A stretch of 49,683 bases of DNA, taken from the NCBI GenBank assembly GCA_944336815.1, contig CALVLG010000001.1, positions 1-49,683 of the forward strand, in the 5' to 3' direction. The notes under the pieces are model-generated. The model saw only the letters and a list, made by a program, of their open reading frames with translations, did not search any database and had not been told where the DNA came from. A program made the position numbers and the translations under genes. The stretch is from an uncultured Bacilli bacterium. GTDB taxonomy: Bacteria > Bacillota_I > Bacilli_A > RF39 > UBA660. Position 1 is the first letter of the stretch. The number at the start of each line of letters is the position of its first letter. Shown one piece after another: positions 9,727-17,729 of this stretch.

Positions 9727-10938
9727 ATGAAAAAGTGTTTACAAAACATGAATGTACGTAATAAGAGGGTTGTTTTGCGGTTAGATTTGAATGTTCCAAT
9801 GCAAAATGGCGTTATTTTAGATGATGCAAAGATTAGGGATTCGTTAGAAACAATTTTTTATTTGTTACAAGAAAATTGTCGCATTGTTATTCTAAGTCAT
9901 TTTGGTAAAATAAAAACACAAAATGATAAGTTGCGTTATTCTTTAGAAAAGGTATCTTTACGTCTTAAAGAACTTGTTGGGCAAGAAGTGTATTTTTCTA
10001 AAGAAAATTTTGGTGAGGCAGTTGTTAAACGAGTTCAAATTATGAAACCTAAAGAAATATTGATGTTAGAAAATACGCGATTTATGGATTTGCCAAATAA
10101 GTTAGAAAGTAAATGTGATGCTCAACTTAGTTTGTTTTGGGCTTCTTTGGGTGATGTTTTTGTTAATGATGCCTTTGCTACTTCCCATCGTAAACATGCT
10201 TCTACTTACGGTATTTCTTTGTATCTTCCTAGTTGTATTGGATTTGCAATGCAAAAAGAAATTTCTTCTTTAGATCGATTAATATTACATCCAATTCATC
10301 CTTTTACGGTTATTATGGGTGGAGCTAAAATAGATGATAAAATTACTTTAATTGAATCTTTACTACCTAAATGTGAACATTTATTATGTGGTGGTGGCAT
10401 AGCCAATACTTGTTTAGAAGCACTCGGTTTTGAAACAGGTCAGTCTATTTCATCAACCGATCCAATTGTTTTAGATAAAGTTAAAAAAATTCTTTTACAG
10501 TATAAAGATAAAATATTACTCCCTTTGGATGCTATTGTTGGTAGTACTTATGATAAAAGTTATGTTAAATATAAACTTATAAATGAAATTGATGAAAATG
10601 ATATGATTTTAGATATTGGGGCAAAAACATTACAACGTTATGAAGAAATTATTCATAATAGTGAGACAGTTTTTTTGAACGGAACAGTGGGACTATATGA
10701 AGACATGCGCTTTGCTAATGGAACAAAAGAATTACTTCGAATCATTACTGAATCTAAAGCTGTGAGTGTTTGTGGTGGTGGTGATGCTTCTTCTAGCGTG
10801 CGAAATTTTGGCTATGGTAATAAGTTTACATATATTTCTTCAGGTGGTGGCGCAACGTTGGAATATATAGCTACGGGCAATTTAGCTGCTATTGAAGCAA
10901 TAAAGGAGGAGATGTACATTGAAACCCTTGATATGTAA
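9727..10938 (+). CDS. pgk: Phosphoglycerate kinase
   Basis: RLDLNVP, VILSHFGK, NDAFATSHRKHAST and the C-terminal ISSGGGATLEY motifs. Confidence 0.95.
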   Translation: MKKCLQNMNVRNKRVVLRLDLNVPMQNGVILDDAKIRDSLETIFYLLQENCRIVILSHFGKIKTQNDKLRYSLEKVSLRLKELVGQEVYFSKENFGEAVVKRVQIMKPKEILMLENTRFMDLPNKLESKCDAQLSLFWASLGDVFVNDAFATSHRKHASTYGISLYLPSCIGFAMQKEISSLDRLILHPIHPFTVIMGGAKIDDKITLIESLLPKCEHLLCGGGIANTCLEALGFETGQSISSTDPIVLDKVKKILLQYKDKILLPLDAIVGSTYDKSYVKYKLINEIDENDMILDIGAKTLQRYEEIIHNSETVFLNGTVGLYEDMRFANGTKELLRIITESKAVSVCGGGDASSSVRNFGYGNKFTYISSGGGATLEYIATGNLAAIEAIKEEMYIETLDM

Positions 10939-11656
10939 TTTAAAAATGGAACATTCTTTACAAGATATTTTACAATATAAAAAAGAACTTGAACATTGTG
11001 TGAATAGTTTTTCTTTAGTTGTGTGTCCACCTTTTTGTTATCTGCCAATTATGCATTCAAAATATTATAAAATTGGGGCTCAAGATGTTTCTTGTTATCG
11101 CAATGGAAGTTTTACTGGTAAAGTTTCGGCTGAGGCCTTAAAAAGTTTAGATGTTTATGGCGTTTTAATTGGTCATAGTGAATTAGCTAATACAATGGAA
11201 GAAAAGTTAAAAAAATTAAGAAGAGCTGTGACAGATGGGTTACACGCATATGTTGTGATTAGTGATACTAAAGAAGATTATGACTATCAATATACTTATG
11301 TGAAATTAATGAGTAAAATTAGGGCTTTTTTATCACGAGTTTTACCAAAAGATTATGCCCATATTACTTTTATATATGAACCGTTTTGGCTCGTTGGTGG
11401 GGCAGAAAGTTTAGATGTTTCGTTTTTAGAAAATTTGTTTTATCAAATTAAAACAGAACTTTCATCCGAATACCGTTATGATTTCCCACTTTTTTATGGT
11501 GGAGGAATTACGAGTGCTAATATCGAAGCGTTATATGCGTCCGATAAAATTGATGGTTTGTTATTAGGAAATTTTTGTAAACACGTTAAAAATGTCGTTA
11601 ATTTTTTGGAAAAAGACGTTAATTCGACAAGTGTAGACAATTCTTTACATGATTAG
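10919..11656 (+). CDS. tpiA: Triosephosphate isomerase (divergent)
   Basis: Catalytic Asn/Lys (ICNLK), GHSE (His/Glu), the YEPFWLVGG (Glu) loop and YGGG are present. The TTG start at 10919 lies 8 nt after AAGGAGGA and overlaps the pgk 3' end by 20 nt. The first ATG would delete the catalytic N/K. Confidence 0.75.
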   Translation: MKPLICNLKMEHSLQDILQYKKELEHCVNSFSLVVCPPFCYLPIMHSKYYKIGAQDVSCYRNGSFTGKVSAEALKSLDVYGVLIGHSELANTMEEKLKKLRRAVTDGLHAYVVISDTKEDYDYQYTYVKLMSKIRAFLSRVLPKDYAHITFIYEPFWLVGGAESLDVSFLENLFYQIKTELSSEYRYDFPLFYGGGITSANIEALYASDKIDGLLLGNFCKHVKNVVNFLEKDVNSTSVDNSLHD

Positions 11657-11682
11657 ACAAAACCTTTTCTGGTAATTTGACA
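11653..11682 (+). promoter_or_regulatory. Two 0A-box-like motifs and a TTGACA -35 upstream of spo0A
   Basis: TTAGACA (11653-11659) and TTTGACA (11676-11682) each differ by 1 nt from the TTCGACA 0A-box complement. TTGACA at 11677-11682 could also serve as a -35. Confidence 0.3.
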
Positions 11683-11741
11683 AAAACTTTGCTATTATTA
11701 AGGTGCGTGTTGTGAGTAGAGGTACTTGAAAGGGAGAAAAA

Positions 11742-12518
11742 ATGAAAACAAAAATTAACGCATTAGTAGTAGATGACAGTATGGAGTTTACGAGTAGTGT
11801 CGAGAAGTATTTTAAAAACAACGCTGATATTCAAATAGCCAATGTTTTACATGATGGTAACGAGGTTGTATCTTATGTAAAAGAGCATCAAAATGAAATT
11901 GATGTTATTCTTATGGACTTGCTTTTACCTGGTAAAGATGGGTTAGCTATTTTGGAAGAATTTAAAAATATTGGAATTGTTAAACATGTTATTATTCTTT
12001 CTAGTTATCGGAAAGAATATGCAATGAAACTTTTAGATAAATTTGATGTTGATTTCTTTATGTTAAAACCATGTGACTTAACTTCTTTAGAAAAAAGAAT
12101 TTTGGAAATAGTACAAGTTAAAGATAAAGAAAATAGTTCAAGTAAAGTGCGATTATCAGTGGAAATGCGTATTACTGAATTATTGCATACTCTTGGGGTA
12201 CCTTCACAAATTAAAGGTTATCAGTATTTACGAGAAGGTATTTTAATGTTATATGAATCTGCTAGTTATATAGGCGGGATTACCAAAGAAGTATATCCTG
12301 AAATAGCTAATCGTTTTAATACGACACCTTCTAGAGTGGAAAGGGCTATTCGTCATGCTATTGAAGTTAGTTGGAATAGAGCTGATTATAATACGATGAA
12401 TAAATTATTTGGACATAGTATTGATTATGATCGCGCAAAGCCTACAAATTCAGAGTTTATGGTGACACTTTCAGATACAATTCGTTTAGAAAATAATGCT
12501 CGTTATGCTTATTTATAA
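11742..12518 (+). CDS. spo0A: Sporulation master regulator Spo0A
   Basis: Receiver domain (ALVVDDS...ILMDLLLPGKDG). The Spo0A-specific C-terminal DNA-binding domain is ITELLHTLGVPSQIKGYQYLREGI...TPSRVERAIRHAIEVSW...KPTNSEFM. Confidence 0.9.
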   Translation: MKTKINALVVDDSMEFTSSVEKYFKNNADIQIANVLHDGNEVVSYVKEHQNEIDVILMDLLLPGKDGLAILEEFKNIGIVKHVIILSSYRKEYAMKLLDKFDVDFFMLKPCDLTSLEKRILEIVQVKDKENSSSKVRLSVEMRITELLHTLGVPSQIKGYQYLREGILMLYESASYIGGITKEVYPEIANRFNTTPSRVERAIRHAIEVSWNRADYNTMNKLFGHSIDYDRAKPTNSEFMVTLSDTIRLENNARYAYL

Positions 12519-12552
12519 AGAAAGTTTAAGAAAATTTTAAACTTTCTTTTTA
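12518..12552 (+). terminator. Rho-independent terminator after spo0A
   Basis: 12-bp stem AAGAAAGTTTAA / TTAAACTTTCTT followed by a T-run. Confidence 0.6.
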
Positions 12553-12554
12553 TA

Positions 12555-12586
12555 ATAAAAAAATCAAAATGTATTTTTACATTTTG
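12555..12586 (-). terminator. Rho-independent terminator after the ToxN/AbiQ gene
   Basis: On the - strand the hairpin CAAAATGTA-AAAA-TACATTTTG is followed by ATTTTTTT, 8 nt past the stop codon. Confidence 0.55.
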
Positions 12587-12593
12587 AATAAGT

Positions 12594-13103
12594 TTAATTG
12601 ATTTTATTATATTCACGGCATTTTTTTTCTAATAATATAAAATTACAACATCTTTTTTTTATTCTTTCATCTAGCGTATTATTTTTATATTTATTATATA
12701 AATTAAAGGCTTTACCTTTTACATTTTTAATGTTTTTATTTAGCCATAATAATTGCGTTTTTAGTAAGTTTTGCCATTTTAATTCGGATGTGTTCTTTGG
12801 GGTGGATTTTAAGTCTAATAATTCATAATTTTTTTGAGTAATTGGTATCATATTATTAAAATTAACAACCCCTAAATTTCCCTTATCAATTTTGATGAAA
12901 TCTAAATTATTTTTCATGTGTATATGTTTAATTTTAGGACTTGATAAAGGTGCAAAATATTCGAAATTATCAACAACAAATAAAATGCCTATAAATGGTC
13001 TCATTTCTTTAGAGCCGGCATTATATGCCACTTTGTTATCAAACTTTCTTAAATAATCACAATAATTTGAATCAACTTTTACAATTTTAAAATTTCTAAT
13101 CAC
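12594..13103 (-). CDS. toxN: Type III toxin-antitoxin system toxin, ToxN/AbiQ-family endoribonuclease
   Basis: 169 aa with a GTG start 6 nt after AGGTGA. The blocks YLRKFDNKV, RPFIGILF...YFAPLSSPK, LGVVNFNNMIPI, LLDL and CNFILLEKKCREY align with the ToxN/AbiQ blocks I recall (YLKEFDDKV, AFIGIVL...YLAPLTSPK, LGLINLKFMIPI, LLDL, CNFSLLEEKYRDF). The cognate repeat array lies upstream. Confidence 0.9.
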   Translation of the reverse strand: MIRNFKIVKVDSNYCDYLRKFDNKVAYNAGSKEMRPFIGILFVVDNFEYFAPLSSPKIKHIHMKNNLDFIKIDKGNLGVVNFNNMIPITQKNYELLDLKSTPKNTSELKWQNLLKTQLLWLNKNIKNVKGKAFNLYNKYKNNTLDERIKKRCCNFILLEKKCREYNKIN

Positions 13104-13140
13104 GATACATCACCTAATGTAATTATAGGCTATTTTTAAT

Positions 13141-13172
13141 CAAAAGAAAAGATTAGAGTATGCTCTCTAATC
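13141..13172 (-). terminator. Intra-operonic terminator between the antitoxin repeats and toxN
   Basis: On the - strand GATTAGAG-AGCATA-CTCTAATC (8-bp stem, + coordinates 13151-13172) is followed by TTTTCTTTT. It occupies the same position as the terminator that sets the toxI:toxN ratio in characterised ToxIN loci. Confidence 0.6.
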
Positions 13173-13285
13173 ACTTTTTTAATTTCCATATAACGGCTGG
13201 AATCACCACTTTTTTAATTTCCATATAACGGCTGGAATCACCGCTTTTTTAATTTCCACTTAGAGCTGGAATCACTCGCTTTTTT
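13169..13285 (-). ncRNA. toxI: Type III antitoxin RNA (ToxI/antiQ-like): 3.3 tandem 35-nt repeats
   Basis: Units read on the - strand:
- AAAAAAGCGAGTGATTCCAGCTCTAAGTGGAAATT (13285-13251)
- AAAAAAGCGGTGATTCCAGCCGTTATATGGAAATT (13250-13216)
- AAAAAAGTGGTGATTCCAGCCGTTATATGGAAATT (13215-13181)
- partial AAAAAAGTGATT (13180-13169)
The period of 35 is not a multiple of 3 and there is no ORF. The array is on the same strand as toxN and immediately upstream of it. Confidence 0.8.
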
Positions 13286-13304
13286 GCTATTAAATAGCAT
13301 TATT

Positions 13305-13340
13305 ATTATATGCAAAAATGCATAACATAATTACTTATGT
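13305..13340 (-). promoter_or_regulatory. Candidate promoter for the toxI-toxN transcript
   Basis: A TATAAT on the - strand (+ coordinates 13305-13310) lies about 19 nt upstream of the first repeat. The -35 is poor (TAATTA region). A T13 tract (13381-13393 on the - strand) could act as an UP element. Confidence 0.3.
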
Positions 13341-13539
13341 GTTAGTAATATATCATAAATATGTTGAAATGTCTAGTTTAAAAAAAAAAAAATAACCACT
13401 GAAAATTGTGACAATAAATGAAAATGGCTAATTTGGGAAGATATTTTTATTAACATCAGTTATATTTTATCGAGTATTTTTTTAAATATCTTTAAATATT
13501 TTGGAATACATGATACTATTTTATTAGGAGGCCTAATAG

Positions 13540-15042
13540 ATGAAAAAAATTTTAACCGTTATTTTAGATGGCTATGGTTGGAGCGATAATACTTTAGGGA
13601 ATGCTGTAAAGATGGCTCCACCAACAAACTTTTTGGAATTGTGGAAAAAATATCCGCACGCTTTATTAGAGGCTAGTGGTGAAGCTGTTGGGTTAGAACA
13701 AAATCAATTTGGAAATAGTGAGGTTGGTCACATGACTATTGGGGCCGGCAGGAAAATTAAACAAAACATTACGCGGATTAAAGAGTTTTTGACGGATAAT
13801 CCTTTAATAAATGAAAACTTTTTAGATATGATAGATTATATTCATGATACAAAGAAACCTTTGCATGTGGTGGGACTTTTAAGTGATGGTAAAGTTCATT
13901 CTAGTTTGGATCATTTTTTAGAACTTGTTGATGTGTTGGCTAAAGAGGAAATAACAAATGTTTTTTTTCATGTGATAAGTGATGGTAGAGATACAGAGAC
14001 GACATCGTTGTATACATATGTTTCAATGTTAGAAAAAAAATTAGTTGAAACAGGAGTAGGTTTTATAGCGTCTATATGTGGTCGTTATTATGCAATGGAT
14101 CGTGATAAAAATTATGATAGAACTAAAAAATACTATGATTTATTAGTTAATGGAATAGGAATTACAGCAGAAAGTATTCCTTTGATGATTCAGAAGTGTT
14201 ACCGAAATAAAATAACAGATGAATTTATGATTCCGATTAAAACAAAAGATTATCGAAGAATTGGTGATGGTGATGCGGTTTTGTGGATGAATTATCGGAT
14301 GGATCGGGCTAAACAAATTATGGCTTCTTTCGGCCAAAATAATTTTGCTGAATTTCCTATTACGGCAATGCCTAATTTGCAATTGTATTCTTTTTTAGAG
14401 ATTGATCATAAAATTAAAACAAAATATTTTTTAGAACAAGAAAATATTCAAAATAGTTTGGGCTTTTATTTATCACAGCTTGGTTTAACACAGGCTAGAA
14501 TAGCCGAGACTGAAAAATATGCTCATGTTACTTTTTTCTTTGATGCGGAAAGTAACGCTTCTTTAGAGGGCTGTCAAAAGTTTTTGATTCCTTCTCCTAA
14601 AGTGGCTACTTATGATTTAAAACCGGAAATGAGCGCTGTTGAAGTGACAAGAAAATGTGTCGATTGCATGGAAAAAGATTATGATTTTATTTTGATTAAT
14701 TATGCCAATCCAGATATGGTTGGACATACGGGTAATTTAGATGCGACAGTGAAGGCTTGTATTACAGTTGATTTGTGTTTGAAACTTTTATACGAAAAAG
14801 CTAAAGAAAATTTTTATACTTTAGTTATTTTGGCTGATCATGGAAATGCTGATCAAATGCTTGATGAGCAAGGACATCCGGTTACGACCCATACAACTAG
14901 TTTAGTTCCCTTTTTAATTACTGATGAAAAAGTTTGTTTAAAAGAACAAGGGGCTTTAACCAATGTGGCGCCAACAATATTAGAATATATGGATATAACT
15001 ATTCCAAAAGAAATGCGTGAGTCAGGTAGTTTACTAAATTAA
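13540..15042 (+). CDS. gpmI: 2,3-bisphosphoglycerate-independent phosphoglycerate mutase
   Basis: LDGYGWS, GNSEVGHMTIGAGR, DGRD, and ADHGNAD near the C-terminus. RBS is AGGAGG. Confidence 0.95.
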   Translation: MKKILTVILDGYGWSDNTLGNAVKMAPPTNFLELWKKYPHALLEASGEAVGLEQNQFGNSEVGHMTIGAGRKIKQNITRIKEFLTDNPLINENFLDMIDYIHDTKKPLHVVGLLSDGKVHSSLDHFLELVDVLAKEEITNVFFHVISDGRDTETTSLYTYVSMLEKKLVETGVGFIASICGRYYAMDRDKNYDRTKKYYDLLVNGIGITAESIPLMIQKCYRNKITDEFMIPIKTKDYRRIGDGDAVLWMNYRMDRAKQIMASFGQNNFAEFPITAMPNLQLYSFLEIDHKIKTKYFLEQENIQNSLGFYLSQLGLTQARIAETEKYAHVTFFFDAESNASLEGCQKFLIPSPKVATYDLKPEMSAVEVTRKCVDCMEKDYDFILINYANPDMVGHTGNLDATVKACITVDLCLKLLYEKAKENFYTLVILADHGNADQMLDEQGHPVTTHTTSLVPFLITDEKVCLKEQGALTNVAPTILEYMDITIPKEMRESGSLLN

Positions 15043-15286
15043 TCGTAAATTTAAGAATTTGATGTTAAGATATGATGTAAATAATTTTATTATGCATTAT
15101 AGAAATGATGGAAAATTGACATAAAAAATAATTTTGAATTTATTAGTACAATTGAAGGTAATGTTATTGTGCCTAATGGTAAGAAAATAGTTACAGTAAA
15201 TGAGAATGGAATTTATCATACATATATCGAATGATTTCCTTTCTTTTTTTTGGGCTTTTTTGTATAATGTTTATGAGGTAATAAAC

Positions 15287-17368
15287 ATGATTGATTTAAC
15301 AGAATTAAATGAATTACAAAGAGAAGCGGTAGCACACATTAATGGGCCTTGTCTTGTTATTGCGGGTGCTGGCTCTGGGAAAACTAAGGTTTTAACCACA
15401 CGTATTGCTAATCTTATAAATGAAGGCGTTCCTTCCTACCATATTTTAGCTATTACTTTTACAAATAAAGCGGCTAAAGAAATGAAAGAAAGAATTGGTA
15501 AAATAGTAGATAATTGTGAATCTTTTGTTGGGACGTTTCATTCTTTTGGCATGCGTATTATTAGAGAAAATGTTTTAAAACTTGGGATGGAAAGAAACTT
15601 TACTATTTTAGATAGCGATGATGTTTTAAGTTTAATTAAAAAAATATTAAAAGATAAAGGGTATGATACTAAAGAAGTTTCGCCTTCGTATATTCGTAAT
15701 CGAATTAGTTTTATTAAAAATGAAATGCTTACTAATGCTGAAATTGAAAAGTTTTTTCAAAGTGAGATGGAAAAGATTGCTTATGAAGTTTATTTAGAAT
15801 ATAACGTAAAATTAAAGAAAAACAATTCTGTTGATTTTGATGATTTATTATGGTTGCCAGTGAAACTTTTTAAAGAAAATCCGGATGTTTTAGAACATTA
15901 CCAAGATAAGTTTCAATATATTTTGATTGATGAGTATCAAGATACAAATGAAGTACAATATAAATTAGTTAAATTATTGGCAGAGAAATATCGAAATTTG
16001 TTCGTGGTTGGAGATCCAGATCAATCTATTTATCAGTTTAGAGGAGCTAACTATAAAAATATTTTGAATTTTGAAAAAGATTATCCGGATGCTAAAGTTA
16101 TTTCTTTAGAAGATAATTATCGAAGTACAGAAATGATTTTAGAAGCTGCTAATAGTGTCATTAAAAATAATAAAGAAAGAAAAGAAAAAAATTTAAGAAG
16201 TCATCATGGTAAAGGGTTAAAAATAAAATACATGCGAGCTTATGATGAAAAAAATGAAATAGCGTTGGTTATTTCGGAAATCAAAAAATTGTTTTTAGAT
16301 GGTTATAAGAAAAAAGATATTGCTGTTTTTTATCGTACTAATGCGCAAGCTAGGGTTGTTGAAGAACAATTTTTAAAAGCTAATATTCCATATAAAGTTG
16401 TTGGAAGTTATTACTTTTATGCTCGTAAAGAAATTAAAGATTTAATTTGTTATTTAAGACTTATTTTGAATTTTCATGATAATGTTTCCTTAGAAAGGGT
16501 TATTAATGTTCCTAAAAGAGGAATAGGCACGACAAGTATTCGGAAGCTTTTGGAAAAAGCAAGCACTGAGAATACAAGTATGTTTGATGTTTTAAGTAGT
16601 CCAAAGGAGATGGAATTTAAAAACTTGTTGATCGAACTAAAAAAAGATAGTGAATCATTATCTTTAACGGAACTGGTTGATGATGTTTTAGAAAAATCGG
16701 GAATGAAAAGAGAATTAGAATTAGATTCTTCTTTGGAAAGTGAATTAAGACTAGATAACTTAATGGAATTTCGAAGTATTACAAAAACGTATGAAGATAC
16801 AACTGGTAGTGTAGACTTGGGTGACTTTTTGGAAGAAATTAGTTTGGTCGCGGATATTTCAGAACATAAAAATGAAGATGATGTGGTAACTTTAATGACA
16901 ATGCATAGTGCTAAGGGGTTAGAGTTTCCGATTGTTTTTTTGGTTGGGATGGAGGAAGGTTTGTTTCCACATCAAAATAGTTTTAATGAAGAAGATGGTA
17001 TTGAAGAAGAGCGAAGGCTATGTTATGTGGCAATTACGCGAGCGAAAGAACGGCTTTATATTTCCAATGCTAAATCAAGAATGATGTATGGACAAACAAA
17101 CCGGAATATGCCTAGTCGGTTTATTGAAGAAATTGATTCTGGACTGGTGGAAAAAGATTTTCCGGAAGTTACAGAGAAAGTTATTCATAAAGAAGAGATG
17201 TATAGCGATGACGATATTTCTTATAATATAGGTGATGTGGTTATGCACACGATTTATGGAAGAGGCGTTGTGGTTGGAGTTGATAAAACATTGGTTACGA
17301 TTGCTTTTTCTAAACAATATGGAATAAGAAAACTTATGAAAAATCATAAGAGTATTAAAAAGGTGTAA
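15287..17368 (+). CDS. pcrA: ATP-dependent DNA helicase PcrA (UvrD family)
   Basis: LNELQREAV, the AGAGSGKTKVLT Walker A, ILIDEYQDTN, VGDPDQSIYQFRGA, TMHSAKGLEF and CYVAITRAK motifs. ATG at 15287 follows GAGG, with a TGtATAAT -10 element upstream. Confidence 0.92.
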   Translation: MIDLTELNELQREAVAHINGPCLVIAGAGSGKTKVLTTRIANLINEGVPSYHILAITFTNKAAKEMKERIGKIVDNCESFVGTFHSFGMRIIRENVLKLGMERNFTILDSDDVLSLIKKILKDKGYDTKEVSPSYIRNRISFIKNEMLTNAEIEKFFQSEMEKIAYEVYLEYNVKLKKNNSVDFDDLLWLPVKLFKENPDVLEHYQDKFQYILIDEYQDTNEVQYKLVKLLAEKYRNLFVVGDPDQSIYQFRGANYKNILNFEKDYPDAKVISLEDNYRSTEMILEAANSVIKNNKERKEKNLRSHHGKGLKIKYMRAYDEKNEIALVISEIKKLFLDGYKKKDIAVFYRTNAQARVVEEQFLKANIPYKVVGSYYFYARKEIKDLICYLRLILNFHDNVSLERVINVPKRGIGTTSIRKLLEKASTENTSMFDVLSSPKEMEFKNLLIELKKDSESLSLTELVDDVLEKSGMKRELELDSSLESELRLDNLMEFRSITKTYEDTTGSVDLGDFLEEISLVADISEHKNEDDVVTLMTMHSAKGLEFPIVFLVGMEEGLFPHQNSFNEEDGIEEERRLCYVAITRAKERLYISNAKSRMMYGQTNRNMPSRFIEEIDSGLVEKDFPEVTEKVIHKEEMYSDDDISYNIGDVVMHTIYGRGVVVGVDKTLVTIAFSKQYGIRKLMKNHKSIKKV

Positions 17369-17369
17369 A

Positions 17370-17729
17370 ATGAATGGAAGTTTTTATGTTGGTGATGAAC
17401 TCACAAGAATTTATAAAAAAGGAAAGGGTTATTTAACTTTAGTGCAAAAAGTAACGCCTACTAGTTATATTACTATGCATACTATTTTTGAAAATACTTT
17501 TGACTTTAAAAATTATCCTTCTATTGAAGAAATGTTAAGTGATACAGTATCGTTAGCTTTTCGTTTTCAAAATACTAAAAATGTATATCGAGCTTTTATT
17601 GAAGAAGAACAATTTTTAGATGGAAAGTTAAAATATGAAACAAAGTATGCTGAATATGGAGAAAATATATATGAAGCACTGGCTTTGTTAGAAGAAAAGA
17701 TTAAATTAGAAAGAGGAATAGGACGATGA
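17370..17729 (+). CDS. Hypothetical protein
   Basis: 119-aa ORF starting 2 nt after the pcrA stop and overlapping the next gene by 4 nt. No motif recognised. Confidence 0.45.
   Translation: MNGSFYVGDELTRIYKKGKGYLTLVQKVTPTSYITMHTIFENTFDFKNYPSIEEMLSDTVSLAFRFQNTKNVYRAFIEEEQFLDGKLKYETKYAEYGENIYEALALLEEKIKLERGIGR

Noticed and set aside
12598-12828. 76-aa + strand ORF inside the ToxN gene.
   Set aside because: It is fully antisense to a well-supported ToxN/AbiQ ORF, has a Phe/Leu/Ser-rich composition typical of reverse-frame artefacts in AT-rich DNA, and has no RBS.
13169-13285. Could the 35-nt tandem repeats, or the 33-nt repeats at 22186..22284, be a CRISPR array?
   Set aside because: The units are directly head-to-tail with no unique spacers. 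There are only about 3 copies, no cas genes are nearby, and the repeats are not palindromic. This fits an antitoxin-type repeat RNA or an operator array, not CRISPR.
13381-13393. A13 homopolymer upstream of gpmI and of the toxI promoter, as a possible phase-variation tract.
   Set aside because: It is not inside a coding region and not positioned between the -35 and -10 of a promoter I can define. It more likely reflects AT-rich spacer or UP-element sequence.
12519-13539. Is the ToxN cassette part of a mobile element, prophage or plasmid insertion?
   Set aside because: I found no integrase, transposase or recombinase gene, no inverted terminal repeats and no tRNA attachment site flanking it. 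Insertion remains plausible from synteny but cannot be shown from this window.
15109-15234. Open frame without ATG upstream of pcrA (…STIEGNVIVPNGKKIVTVNENGIYHTYIE*). It could be a gene remnant where eno might be expected, or a 21-aa GTG-initiated micro-ORF.
   Set aside because: It has no credible start or RBS, no resemblance to enolase or anything else I recognise, and is very short. Probably chance or a highly decayed remnant.
807-17390. GerQ-like protein and the orphan at 17370 both start MNGSFY, with nearly identical first 18 nt.
   Set aside because: Similarity stops after six codons and the rest of the proteins are unrelated. I treat it as coincidence.
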